Shown here: positions 1 to 10,614 of the stretch, one piece after another | How the letters are laid out: the number at the start of each line of letters is the position of its first letter | Position numbering within the stretch: the first letter of the stretch is position 1 | DNA from: Oopsacas minuta | Lineage: Eukaryota; Animalia; Porifera | Direction: 5' to 3' | DNA: 20,705 nt | NCBI GenBank assembly: GCA_024704765.1 | Contig: JAKMXF010000310.1 | Location: 1,154,636-1,175,340, forward strand | Notes under the pieces: generated by a model | Told to the model about the DNA's origin: nothing | Databases searched by the model: none | Seen by the model: the letters and a program-made list of their open reading frames with translations, nothing else | Made by a program: the position numbers and the translations under genes

Positions 1-547
1 GAGGTTGTGTTGTGTCGCGAAGATGAGGAATCTGTGTGCATCGTCTGCACCAGAGTCGTAGAGTAAGAACTGTTCTCCCTTGGCTGTCTGTTGGTAGACT
101 GCTGGTAGAGCTAGCTCTGCTAGAGTGGTAGGCTGTACTGGAGCTGCAAGTACACTAGCACGTTGGCGTTGTATCGTCCGCTTCAGGCTGCCAGTTTGGG
201 GAGTTTAGCAGTAGTACCCTCTGATGCTGTTTGCAAACTCTCGCCCACTATGTGGTGTGTGCTATCCTAGGACTCCCGTGCTTTCCTCATCATGCCTGCC
301 TTCGCTTCACAACAGTCCGCTGCCTGCTCGTCAGGCCCATGGGAGTGCCCATTCGTTCGCTTGACTATCACCATCCCTTTGGTATGAACTCTAGCTTTGC
401 AGACCCCTCTTTGCTCACACAACCAATCCGCCACATCTCTTTCTCTGCTGACTCCACTCCAAATAAATATCCATCCTCCGACAGCTTGTCTCCTCCTCTT
501 TGTGACTTGATCAGCCTATAGGTCGGCTGATCAAAAGGTTCTGCCAT
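1..547 (-). pseudogene. FLYWCH + MULE (Mutator-like) transposase, N-terminal half, degenerate; runs off the left edge of the window
   Basis: Manual translation of the - strand from ATG at 547: MAEPFDQPTYRLIKSQRGGDKLSEDGYLF / (frameshift ~445) WLCEQRGVCKARVHTKGMVIVKRTNGHSHGPDEQ...MMRKARES*DSTHHIVGESL / (frameshift ~190) SLKRTIQRQRASVLAAPVQPTTLAELALPAVYQQTAKGEQFLLYDSGADDAHRFLIFATQHNL. It shows the FLYWCH pattern (GY..W.C..R..C.AR.HT..H.H.P) followed by the GE.FLLYDSG..R.LIFAT block that precedes the MULE catalytic domain. In-frame TAG at 267-269. Confidence 0.85.
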
Positions 548-939
548 TAGTAAGTTATAATTTCAAAGAGAAAATGTGATGATTGTAATGAGAAAATGAA
601 TCTGAGTTAGAACTAGATCATTTTCTATTTATGTCCAAGGATTGCAAATATCACAGGTGATCACATCCTGTTTACTACATTCCTCTTTACCAAATATAGC
701 CCTAAGAGTATTTACTTCGTGTGTGTTTACTTAATACTTACTATAGCAATCTTTGGAATTCATATCATTAAATGGATTCATGGAATCATAATTAGAATTA
801 TCTATCCAATTAAGACTTTCCGTGTGCAGAAATAATTATTAGAAAATTGATTATTAACTTGTACTTAGATTAAATTAATTAACTAATATCATATCAAATT
901 GACCAATCAAATTAGGTGCGAATTGTCGGTATCCGTTCC

Positions 940-1307
940 TGAATTAGGCATTTACAACTTGAGACATCGAACAAGACATTGGATTCGGAAATAATAGGCT
1001 GTATACGGTCAGGTTGTTGCTTGTTTTGGATACTTTTTCCGTAGTATTTAGCTCTCAATAATATCAGAATTGATGTACTGTTTTATTTTGAGCTCTGATA
1101 TAGTGGGTATAGAAGCCAAATTATAGATACGCATTAATACTTCAGTTAGTTCTTTCGCTATATTATCTCTAGTTGATTCAGAATCTTCATTTCTAAGCAT
1201 TCTATAATGATTATATATGTCTAGTTTTGTTGGAAGTTGATTTTCTGGAATAGGTCCTGGATAGCCAGAATAGGATGAAATACTCTACCACGCGTGTTTT
1301 CTGCCAT
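940..1307 (-). pseudogene. Degenerate DNA-transposase N-terminal fragment, probably hATm-like
   Basis: The - strand from ATG at 1307, with frameshifts, gives ...QLPTKLDIYNHYRMLR...IAKELTEVLMRIYNLASIPTISELKIK... then RAKYYGKS...VLFDVSSCKC. The LPT / ASIPT / LFD..CKC pattern matches, from memory, the N-terminus of hATm-type invertebrate transposases. Family assignment is unverified. Confidence 0.5.
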
Positions 1308-1920
1308 TTCAAAATAAATAAATTTTTAGGAATATAATCACTCAATAAAATGAATGATTTGATCGAGCATTGATATAGATACTATAATTGACCATAAATT
1401 CAATGCTAGATAAATGGTAACTAAGTTAAGAAGAAGAGATAAGGAATGTTGGGAAAATTTCTTTGTGGTAACCTATTGATCAATTTGGATCTAGATAAAG
1501 AAATATACTAAGTTTGGTGATTATATAACAAATTTTACTAAGAATATAGAATTTTCAAATAATCGGAAAAAAAAGGGGGCGGGTAATAGTATTAGGGTAT
1601 GATAGAATATGCAAAAAAATCTTGATAACTTGAGTATCCTTGGACATAGAAATTCGATTAATACACCATTCAATAGCAAATATGCGACTTACTATTACCA
1701 AATAATATATATAAAGGGGCTAAGTCAAAGGAATTTGAAAATTCGGACAATATAAAATCAATTTTGCGAAAGTGACACAGCAAAAATATAAAACCGCAAG
1801 GGTCAAATCGAAATATTTTTCAAATTTAAGTCTCGCATTTTCCTAGAAAATGGTAAAGGCAACTTTTCCCTTAGGTAGAAGTTGAACCGACGATTTATAC
1901 TTTTCTCGATCTGGCCTAAT

Positions 1921-2800
1921 TAATATAGATTAGGGCAAAGGATGGCCCCTCGCCTTCTCTCGGAGTGAGGTTTCCGATATAATAGTGGACAACTCCTTGA
2001 ATGCGGAAAGTGTGAATTCCACGTTTAGCGTTAGTTAGTTCTTTATCAAGGTTTACACCGATTGAAGCAAAAGCAAGGCCGAGTTGTAAGCTCTTATATG
2101 TTTTCTGTACTCATCCCTTGACTGTCATTAGTAGTCAGTAGATATCTAAGGCTCTCAGGTAGAGGAGCTAGAGGAAGAACAACCTTTTCCTGTCCACAAC
2201 GGAGGGAAAGTTTGATGCACTTTTTAGTGCTACTGGAGAATTTCTGATGAGCCCAAAATTTGGCCCACAATTGGAACAGGAAAAATTAATGAGGACTCTG
2301 AGTGTTCATCGATTACATTATCGAGAATTTCCGACGCAGGATAAGAACGCGCAGAATTAAGAAGATTATTTTTAGTTTTACCTTTCGATTTGGCTTTGAA
2401 ATCTCTCTGATAGCTCAGTCGGGCAATGCGTCTTCCATTGTTCTCAATTTCATTCTGAGTCACTTCGTATTCTAACTGACGCTTTAGGCGTGAATGTAGT
2501 TAAGTAGGGCTCTGGCTTTCAAAATGATCATTTTTGCCGTTCCAACTGGATTTTGAGACATGCGGTCGGCTCTGTGGCCTTCTCATTTTCTAATCGTGTT
2601 CGCGAACATGTTCGTTGGCGCTCGAGACGGACAGTATGTTCAATAACACATCGTCTGTCTAAATATGACATTTGGTTATGGAACTGCTTCTTAAGTCTAG
2701 CTTCTCTTACTTGGGAGCATTCATTGAGTCGATAATCTCTCATCCTCTGGGCATCGTTTTGATGTAATTTCTTGGGACCACCTTTAATTAATACAGGCAT
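1921..2800 (-). pseudogene. Helitron Rep/helicase protein, N-terminal fragment (coiled-coil repeats, Zn-finger-like region and the block preceding the Rep domain), frameshifted
   Basis: Stitched - strand frames give MPVLIKGGPKKLHQNDAQRMRDYRLNECSQVREARLKKQ...RLERQR...RLENEK (charged N-terminal repeats), then CSNCG.KFWAHQK...SLRCGQEKVVLPLAPLPESLRYLL and KHIRAYNSALAFASIGVNLDKELTNAKRGIHTFRIQGVVHYYIGNLTPREGEGPSFALIYI. These match the Helitron consensus IRAYNSALAFAS.G...FRIQG.V.H.IG.L.P..G..P.FAQ.YI. ORFs 2528-2842 and 2230-2463 are pieces of it. Confidence 0.85.
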
Positions 2801-3366
2801 TTTGTGATACAAAAAAGGTAAAAATTTGTCAAGTTGTATCAAGTTTTCAGTGTTTTAATTATTCAGAATATTTAGTTTTCTATATTTATACAGTTTAATA
2901 ATAAAGTTGCAATTTTCTGTGGTCACTTCATATAAACATTAACATTTCGTGGACTATGTCGGGTCAAAGTAGACCTCACATATTTTGGGATCATTTTGAC
3001 CCCACTCTGTCAACACAGTAGAAATTGGTTCATTTTAATATCGTACGATGGATTCAATACATATCGGATGAGTATATGTACGTATTTATGGAACTTGGTA
3101 TACTTTGAGTTTGCTATGAATCATTATATTTATTATCAACACAAGGTACAATAGCGTGACGCCATTTGCTTCCAATCTTGCAACCGAAAACTTAATTACG
3201 ACATTAGATTACTGTCTGTATTTAGTTTGGATTACATTCATCAAATGTTGTGACCTCATTTGGATTTTATTTCAAAAATCAAAAAATGCTCGACATTTTG
3301 GCACTTTCTTGACGTCATAAAATCACATATTTTCCCGGTAGTATCCTGTTAACCTAATACACATAA

Positions 3367-4420
3367 TGGGTCATTTAATGGTGAAGTTGATATATCTGGG
3401 GAGTCTGGGATTTCCGCGCTTTATTAGCTTTTAGGGTTGAAAGTGGTGACAAATTATTGAAAGAACATTTAGTAGAAACCAATAAAAATGCAATGTATAA
3501 AACTATCCAGAACACGCTTATAGACCTTTATGGCCAAGAAATCCTTAATACAATTATTCGCGACGTACAAAAAGTTGGATATATTGCTATACTAACTGAT
3601 AAACAACGGATAGTTCCCATCAACAGCAATTATGTTTTTGTATTCGTTATGTATCTAGTGTTGCGTGTATCAAAGAAGAATTTTATGGAGTAATGGAATT
3701 TGTGGATGCTAAGTCTATCACTGGAGAAAAACTAGTTCGTATTTATCTATTGGATTGAATATTCAAAATTGTGTTGCTCAATGCTGTGATGGATATTTGA
3801 CCATCTCACCATTATATTTCAGGAGTTTCTACACGTATAATGAAACATTCTTCACTTGCAGTATACTTGCCACTGTGCAAGTCACAAATTAAACCCTAGT
3901 GACATGTTTGATGTAGTTTCTGCGGCAGTAAATTATATTAATGAATTTTCTGGAAGAAGGAATGTATTTAATATAGCCGAATCATACTCACAAATCTTAG
4001 GAGTAATACTGTCGCAACCAAGAAATTCGCCAAAAGGAATTTAGCATATATCTTATGATGTATCTAGTGTAACTATAAGTTCTTCTTTGAATCTTACAAA
4101 TGAAAATGCCAGTGATTATTACAGAAGAAAATTTGGATTCCCTACTTAGATGGAGTTATTGAGCATCAATAGACAATATTCATGAATCCCTTTGTAGTTT
4201 GCCTCCCACTTCGAAAATCTAGCGAAATTATTCAAATAGCTTTGACATTACCTCTTCTACATGTACTCCAGAACGATGTTTTTGTGCAATGAAAAGTTTG
4301 AAAAACAAGCTAAGATCATCAATGGTAGGCGAGCGCCTAAATGAGTTAGCTTTGTTGTATATCCACAAAGATATAGAAATTGATATAGATTCCGTAATAA
4401 ATGGATTTTCACTTGCTCTA
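3367..4420 (+). pseudogene. hAT-family transposase (ZMYM1/THAP12-like), internally deleted and frameshifted, with C-terminal dimerisation domain
   Basis: FRALLAFRVESGDKLLKEHLVETNKNAMYKTIQNTLIDLYGQEILNTIIRDVQKVGYIAILTD (~3412-3600); YTCHCASHKLN (CxxH motif, ~3860-3895); IIQIALTLP/STCTPERCFCAMKSLKNKLRSSMVGERLNELALLYIHKDIEIDIDSVINGF (~4228-4410), the classic hAT dimerisation signature. Many frameshifts and stops. Confidence 0.9.
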
Positions 4421-4586
4421 TCGTTGAATTTTAATATATACGTAAGATATATTAGGTGAATTATGGTTTAAATGTAGTTGTCTAAACTAAATACAAGCAG
4501 AATATGGGAGAGATCAATTAAATCAGTGATAATAGAATATATCAAAGGTGAAATTAGATTAGTTTGGTGTCCAGGGCCTTACATCA

Positions 4587-4680
4587 CCCCCTGGGAAAAA
4601 TCCCTGCCCCGGGGCAATGTCCCCTGGTAAACTCGTACCCCGGGCAATGCCCCCTGGTAAACTCGTACCCCGGGGCATGC
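4587..4680. repeat. GC-rich ~30-bp tandem repeat (3 units), likely a subterminal array of the upstream hAT
   Basis: cccctggtaaactcgtaccccgggcaatgc (4621-4650), cccctggtaaactcgtaccccggggcatgc (4651-4680), and a more diverged first unit cccc-ctgggaaaaatccctgccccggggcaatgt (4587-4620). ORFs 4564-4758 and 4579-4764 are artefacts of it. Confidence 0.9.
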
Positions 4681-5116
4681 CAGCGGACCCCTTGGCTTAA
4701 ATTGCAAACTGGATTTTTCGACTCGCTGCGCTCTCATCTTACCCTCAATATTATTTAATCTCACCCATAAATAAGGGATATAGATTGTATTGATCTACCG
4801 AGCTAGGTAATATTGTTTTAAATGTATATATCCTGAGCAAATGCAGTGTTTTCCACAGGTCGTTTGGCGTACTGGGCCGGCATCCCTTCAGTTGTTAAAA
4901 AGAATAAAGGCACCCATTTCAATACTGGGCCACTATACTAAAGTATAATCGGCACATTAAAAGTAGAACTGACCATACAACTTATATTATCAAGGATTAT
5001 TGTACGATTTTTCCGTTTGATACCTCATTCGATATAATAATTATTGATAACTTCTCGTTGGTGGTTTTAATATTTCACTATTTATTCCTAAAATATAACT
5101 GAGAAATTGTTTCAAG

Positions 5117-5336
5117 ATTCAACCCCTACGTGGACTGCCACGTACTGACAAAGGTAATTAATGTAATACCTATTATAGCTTATTGTCCAAGGACTACGCC
5201 CCGTCACGACTGGAAGGCCTACAGCACACCAGACCCCCAGCTGCAGTATCGTCGTGCATATGTGACGGTGACGGGGCCCCCCAAATATTCTCCGAGTTAC
5301 ACATCATTACTCGACCAGAAAAAACAACTTTCTGGT
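5117..5336 (+). CDS. Candidate internal exon(s) of an unrecognised spliced gene
   Basis: GC-richer than its flanks; acceptor ttgtttcaag|5117; donor 5336|gtaatt; open frame (ORF 5130-5411 frame) ...AYCPRTTPRHDWKAYSTPDPQLQYRRAYVTVTGPPKYSPSYTSLLDQKKQLSG, ending in phase 0. No homology recognised. Confidence 0.3.
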
Positions 5337-5518
5337 GTAATTGCAGACCAAACCTTATTTCTTTCAATTGTTTGCCTCTTGTACCTTACTGATTATTTAC
5401 AGCGCCCATAGGCTTAGAAATTTGGGGTGCACAAATTCAATCTGGTAGGAAACAGCTAGAACTTGTTGACAACCAGTTGAATTTATGCCCCCCATATATC
5501 AAAGCTACACGACGTAAC

Positions 5519-5717
5519 TGCCCAGCTGGATGGTACTAACCAACTAAAAAATTTTTGATCCGCCACTGGGCATGCTGCTAAACCCGCGAAACACCTTGCC
5601 CATCGTCCTGCCCCTTGGAAACTTCGTGCCCCCCTTGAGTGAAAATCCTGGCGACGTCCCTGCCCAGAACCCAGCTGGATGGCATCCCCCCACCAGAGAT
5701 TTTTGGATCTGCCACTG
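5519..5717. mobile_element. Cluster of three stacked hAT-type termini
   Basis: gatccgccactg (5557-5568) and ggatctgccactg (5705-5717) are the reverse complement of the CAGTGGCGGATC-type hAT TIR. cctggcgacgtccctg (5647-5662) is the reverse complement of CAGGGACGTCGCCAGG. The first and third are each preceded by cccagctggatgg. Confidence 0.65.
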
Positions 5718-5844
5718 GCTGATAAGTATACTTCCATCACAATTTGTTCTGGCCATGGCCTCACCGAACTGACCGGTTCCAGCGGACCTGCTTGTAAGTT
5801 ACGAATTTACGATAAAATATACAAGGTTGTGTTGCGAAGGATAT

Positions 5845-5978
5845 TTCCATCCTATTGCCATCCCACAGGATGTATATGTTAATTCCCATGAGTTTTACCA
5901 TATAGGAAATCCAGATAATAACGTGATTCCCATTTCAATGGAGATTCCCATGTTCTCATGGGTGTGGGAATTCCCATA
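5845..5978. mobile_element. Degenerate copy of the CCCAT/ATGGG-rich MITE family seen intact at 18282-18426
   Basis: Shares cccacaggatgt with the reverse complement of the 18282 element, plus repeated ttcccat/atggg/gggaattccc motifs; termini not recognisable. Confidence 0.5.
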
Positions 5979-5979
5979 C

Positions 5980-6136
5980 CAGGGCTCTCAACTCTCACAA
6001 TTTCGTCGTGTTCGGGTAATTACTGCTGAATGCCTGGTATTTTAATAGAAAACTAATACCAAATTGCACATCTCACTACAGAATCGTGAGATTTTTGAAG
6101 AATCTGCCAATTTGAAGGTTTCCTAGGTTGAACCCT
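5980..6136. mobile_element. hAT-type MITE (CAGGGCTCTCAAC family), degenerate right end
   Basis: Left end cagggctctcaactctcacaatt; internal atcgtgagat; right end aggttgaacccta resembles ggttgagagccctg; same family as 7613-7780. No TSD found. Confidence 0.5.
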
Positions 6137-6272
6137 ACCGTGTTGCAGTGTATTACAGAATTTAGTGTACGCGTAGACATGGACTTTTTCGGATGTACAA
6201 GTACACGCGATACAATTTCAGTGAATTAGAAACTAATATGCATGTAGGTCATTAAAATGTGTTTCCTCCCAG

Positions 6273-6422
6273 GTATGTTACGTTGTAAATGGTCATTTAC
6301 CAACTACGGCTGAACTTACTTGGTCCTGGCTGTCTATAAATGACCTGGTAGCGGTCCAATTATGCCCGACATCGATTCTAATCAATTTCCTTAATGAGTC
6401 CGATCAGAGTCCCATGCAGCAG
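6273..6422 (+). CDS. Candidate 150-bp phase-0/phase-0 exon of an unrecognised gene
   Basis: Acceptor gtgtttcctcccag|6273 and donor CAG|gtatat at 6423; exactly 50 codons open in one frame only: VCYVVNGHLPTTAELTWSWLSINDLVAVQLCPTSILINFLNESDQSPMQQ. Product unknown. Confidence 0.4.
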
Positions 6423-6627
6423 GTATATATTGATTTCAAGCCGGACCCAAACTAACAACTTAGAGGTAGTCATAAATCCTTACACAGTGGGTTAATCATG
6501 GGAATTAGATGTGTTTTTAGATACTGTTAAATACTTTTCCAAGTTCATCAAACGCTAGATCCTCGGGACTAAATTCTCATGTCCTTAGAGATTGGAATTT
6601 CAAACTGTGTGACACAGAAACTACATT

Positions 6628-6663
6628 TTTGTGGTCAAATTTACTATATAATTTGACCACAAA
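6628..6663. repeat. Perfect 14-bp inverted repeat with 8-nt loop
   Basis: tttgtggtcaaatt (6628-6641) - tactatat - aatttgaccacaaa (6650-6663). Confidence 0.9.
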
Positions 6664-7612
6664 TTTCAATATGTGTTCGGGCACAATTTCTTTCAAAATT
6701 TCGCCTAGAAACAATCAAAACGTGTCAATCTCCAATTTCGATTTCTTTTTCATGGCTAGAGGGATGTAGTTTTCCAGGCGAATTGTAATCCATATAATAT
6801 TGGCGAATAGAATGATAAATAAACTTTTATGAGGTAATACTTGATATTTTATAGATTTCGCTACAAAATTGAGAAAATTGATAACCGTCATGATGGTATA
6901 TTTTGTAGTTGACAAAGCCAAATGTACAACAAACTAAAATTTAAAATGTATTTGAGAAAACTAGCCCTTTCCGTTTCGTGAATTAGGGGTGCGACCGTCA
7001 TTAACTCTTTCATCTTTCATTTATAATCATTTGATTCATTATCTTATTCGAATTGAAACGTTAGATAATTGAAAAGATATCACTTACGGAGTCACGATTA
7101 TGGTCCATGGGTCATGGGCCACTTTAAGTTACCCATTCGCAGTTATGCGACGAGATATGAGAGTGAGATCTCTGCTATAGAGGGCTGCACCAATATCATG
7201 GTAACTACGTTGAATTATAGCAAATACATACATTACTACACTATTGTAAAAAATTCTTATAGGGGGCAATTTGAAAATAAATAGAAAATAGATAAAATTT
7301 GACAAGAGTTTATCCAAGTGCTTGGCGTGTATCAAATAGTGACTGTTCAGCTGTCAATATTTGGTACATGCATGAGGACAAAAGTGCAGGTCATGAGACT
7401 CAATAAAAGCATAGGATCAATTTTTACGGGCCGAAACTCGGTCTGTTGGTACTTCTAGACTGTAATTGCTAGTTTCTACTGTATATTTAGAGATCTAAAC
7501 TTAATCAAATTGGAAAGGGGCTGCCCCCTGTTACCATATTCAATCTATATGTATCATACAACTTTCCTACGCGGTTCTCAAATTAATGACCTGTCACCAA
7601 AATAAATTCTTC

Positions 7613-7780
7613 CAGGGCTCCCATTAGATCAAGATTAACATGGTCCTCAACTCTCATGATCTTGTTGTTAGTTTCACGATTTCGATTCTAAAATACCACT
7701 AAATCCTTTGTCTTTCATAAAAATAGGATCGTGAGATATTTGACAATTCTCACGATTTGGTTTCCAGGTTGAGAGCCCTG
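7613..7780. mobile_element. hAT-type MITE (CAGGGCTCTCAAC family) with a 26-nt insertion inside its left TIR
   Basis: Left cagggctc[ccattagatcaagattaacatggtcc]tcaactctca; right aggttgagagccctg ending at 7780. Flanking 8-mers match only 5/8 (aattcttc / gattaatc). Confidence 0.7.
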
Positions 7781-7789
7781 GATTAATCC

Positions 7790-8010
7790 AATTCTGATTT
7801 TTTCTAGCTCGACTAAGTAAACGCCCACGAAATCGCAATGGACTTTTTGACCTTCTAATATTTGTTATACTCCGGCATAGAGGTTACGCACTGCCTTGAA
7901 AAAACAAGCGCCTTCCTGGCTTCACTACCAAAACAACTATTTAATATTCTAAGATTATTAGACTTTTCAAGCTTTTGGTATTTTTTGATGGCGGAGTCAA
8001 ACCCCAGAGA
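7790..8010 (-). pseudogene. Possible short hAT-like transposase remnant
   Basis: The - strand pieces FGSEARKALV and FFKAVRNLYAGV* resemble the G.EARKAL...FFKAVR.FY segment I recall from ZNF862-like hAT transposases; short and degenerate. Confidence 0.3.
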
Positions 8011-9534
8011 ATTCTTTCGCCTAATCTAAGATATCTTGAATCAATTTTCAAAAGATTTGTTCTCTTTAATCCCAAGACTATACCCATACCTATGATTCAG
8101 ATGAAGATACACTTTTTGGTGGTTAAGCATATTTTCAGAGTTTTTATGTAAAAATTGAAATGTTGGCTAGAGTTTAGGATGACCTGATATGACCTAGTCA
8201 GGTATTTCAGGTTATTTTCATTCTCAAAAATTTCAAAATCATGATTTTTCCAACTCTGTCAAATTTCAAGTCATTTTCAGGCTTCAGGGAATTTCCGAAT
8301 TATTTCTTCTCTAATAATCTAACTTTGCACTCTCGGTAATCGGACATTTTGGGTATAGATTTGAGTATATTCTTAATGTTTCCATACCCACTCAATACGT
8401 ACCAATAGAACTAACGGTTTTCGTGATATCAATTATAAAATAATGGTTTAATTTGGTTTATTATTTACCCTGTCAAACATTTATAATAAAATTTCTAGGA
8501 TCCTAAAACATAGTATGCCAACGGTCTGAAAATATGATCAATTATATGAATTTCATGTGTACATGTAGCTATAAATTTGAAAACGTCATAATTGCAATTC
8601 CATACTGGATAATCACTAACTAGCCGTTGAAACGAAATCTCTAGCACTTTTCATTGGTATGTCACATAATTTTTGTCTCCCGAAACATTTGAAAATTGTT
8701 CCTGCCATAAAAATATTTTGGATTTTTATTTCTCAAACCTATACGAGCCGCTTCGCATGCTTGGGCTGCGCGGCTTGCGAAACTCAACACTTGTGCCTCG
8801 AATTGTTTCTTAATAACAACTATTATTTACATCGGTGTATCTTGAAAGTTCTAAATTCGTCAGCGTACTCAATTACGTCGGGATGAGCGTATGATCGTTG
8901 AACCAAGTTTCTAAGACTATTTCGAATTTTGTTTTCTTTATCAACTCAACAACAAATATTATCATATTTGGAATCAATATATTCCAAAATTATCCCTAGA
9001 ACAACCCATTGAGACGAAGTTACTGGAATAAATTTACCCATCAGAAACTTGAATGCAAAATTCGGATTCAGAGTACTTTGTTACCACATTGTAGCCGTTA
9101 CTCAATTTCATTATGAAAAAACTTATTGTTCGTTTCTGATTTTGTTGAGATTTGTTACATATGTATTTTTAGATAGCTTATGGCCCAAGGACTTCCAAAA
9201 CCAATTTTGTCATTTTCGTAATCCAAAATTGTGACCAGAAACGATTAATATAGCATCAAATGGATTATTGTCATATAGGAAGTCACATTTTGGATTCCAA
9301 CGGTCTTATTTGTTTAACTGAAGTATATGTGGAATGTGAGTTTTGGGATATTCACACCTTTCCTTATATGGTAATTTTGTAAATATATCCATAACAGTTT
9401 GCATTAGAACTATAAAATGTTATTAGCTTGTGGGAAGTCATATTTAAGCACTCCGTAGATAACATTGATTCATGCTAAATGTGTAGTGTTCTTTAAACTG
9501 ATAGGTGAAATTGTAATTGGATGCACCATTAACT

Positions 9535-9858
9535 TGGCAAATGAATTCAATTATTTTGGCAAACGAACTCAATTATTTTGGCAAACGAACTGAAAATTGA
9601 ATTATTTAGGCAAACAAAGCAATTAATTTGGCAAATTGTTAAAATTATACGCCCTATATATTGGTATCATTTCAACATTTGCCTTTGTAGAGTGCGGATT
9701 CATATACTCAGACACATCAGGTACTTCACTACATCCACATATCCGTCCTCAGGCGTTGCGCCTTCTCAGCTATAATCCAACTAAAATTGAATTTTCAGTT
9801 CGGTTGCCAAAATAATTGAATTTTTAATTCAGTTGCCAAAATAATTGAATTCAGTTGG
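9535..9858. mobile_element. Foldback-type non-autonomous element with modular TIRs built from ~22-27-bp subrepeats
   Basis: The left arm (~9535-9607) has tandem tcaattattttggcaaacgaact units. The right arm (~9780-9858) has their reverse complement (ttcggttgccaaaataattgaatt, cagttgccaaaataattgaatt). Unique spacer of ~170 bp. Confidence 0.8.
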
Positions 9859-9889
9859 CTGGATAATATTACATTCACTTGTAATTGCT

Positions 9890-10250
9890 TTATCTTCCTG
9901 GATTTTATATGGCTTGAAATACCCAGAAGATGATTTTGTGAAGAAAAAGATAGGATCAATTTTCATAATTACTCAGGAATGAGTTTGTCCTACCATCAAC
10001 AATAGCCCGTGAATCGTCGAGCTCATTTAAATACTGCAACAAGAAGCTAAAGGACAACATACAGATGGTAACCCAATCTTCTACTGATAAGCATGTAATA
10101 TCACAAGGTAATTCCGATAAAAAGAGGCGTTGTTATCTCTGTGCAAGAGGAAAAGACTCAAAAAAGGTCTAGTATGTTCGGGATTTCTAACATGTATGCG
10201 TAACACAATGCATCACATCCACTTATTGTGACTAATGTCAAGAAGATGTA
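9890..10250 (+). pseudogene. piggyBac transposase C-terminal remnant, including the cysteine-rich domain
   Basis: SWILYGLKYPEDDFVKKK (~9897-9950), then DKKRRCYLCARGKDSKK (10116-10165) and, after frameshifts, HVCVTQCITSTYCD*CQED. This matches the piggyBac C-terminal CxxC...C..C..CxxC domain. Confidence 0.7.
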
Positions 10251-10614
10251 TCCTTTTTGATTGATTCACTTAGCTTCAAAATATTCTTTAGATTTCTACC
10301 TTTACAGTGTGCAATTTAGTATTAGTTTTCTGTGATAAACCAGGGATTGAGAGTTGAGAACCTGATAATCCATTGAGAGGATAATTAGCATAAATTAACA
10401 AGAGTATTTCGAATTTTATACAATTTTTTCTACAAAACTACAATACTGATCAAACCAGCATTTGGCTGGTCAGGCTTGTGTAGGCCATATGCCAAAACCT
10501 GAATTCTAATTCTTTTCATACCCCCTTGACTATATATTTTGTTAATTAAGATAGGAGGGTTGGCCAAATTTCTTAGACCTAGATATATATTTGTTGACAT
10601 TCTTCTGCCTTTAG

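Noticed and set aside
231-521. 96-aa + strand ORF
   Set aside because: Antisense shadow of the MULE transposase pseudogene; TTG start and no recognisable features.
2960-3004. gggtcaaa...tttgaccc inverted motif as a piggyBac end
   Set aside because: It resembles piggyBac subterminal motifs, but there is no TTAA-flanked TIR or adjacent transposase; too short to call.
4587-4680. Repeat array considered as a CRISPR
   Set aside because: Units are directly adjacent with no unique spacers, there are no cas genes, and the context is eukaryotic.
4674-5576. Possible single hAT element bounded by ggcatgcc / ggcatgct TSDs
   Set aside because: The 7/8 flank match is suggestive, but the putative left end (agcggacc) is a poor match to CAGTGGCGGATC and lies within a repeat unit; likely coincidence.
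5483-5882. Cluster of overlapping 66-93-aa ORFs
   Set aside because: They arise from GC-rich hAT termini that lack stop codons; no protein motifs.
6607-6769. Extension of the 6521 open frame to TAG at 6767 as a terminal exon
   Set aside because: The extension runs through a perfect hairpin and AT-rich, repeat-like sequence; openness may be chance, so it was not called.
9542-9640. Short direct repeats considered as a CRISPR
   Set aside because: No spacers; the units recur inverted 200 bp away, so they are TIR subrepeats.
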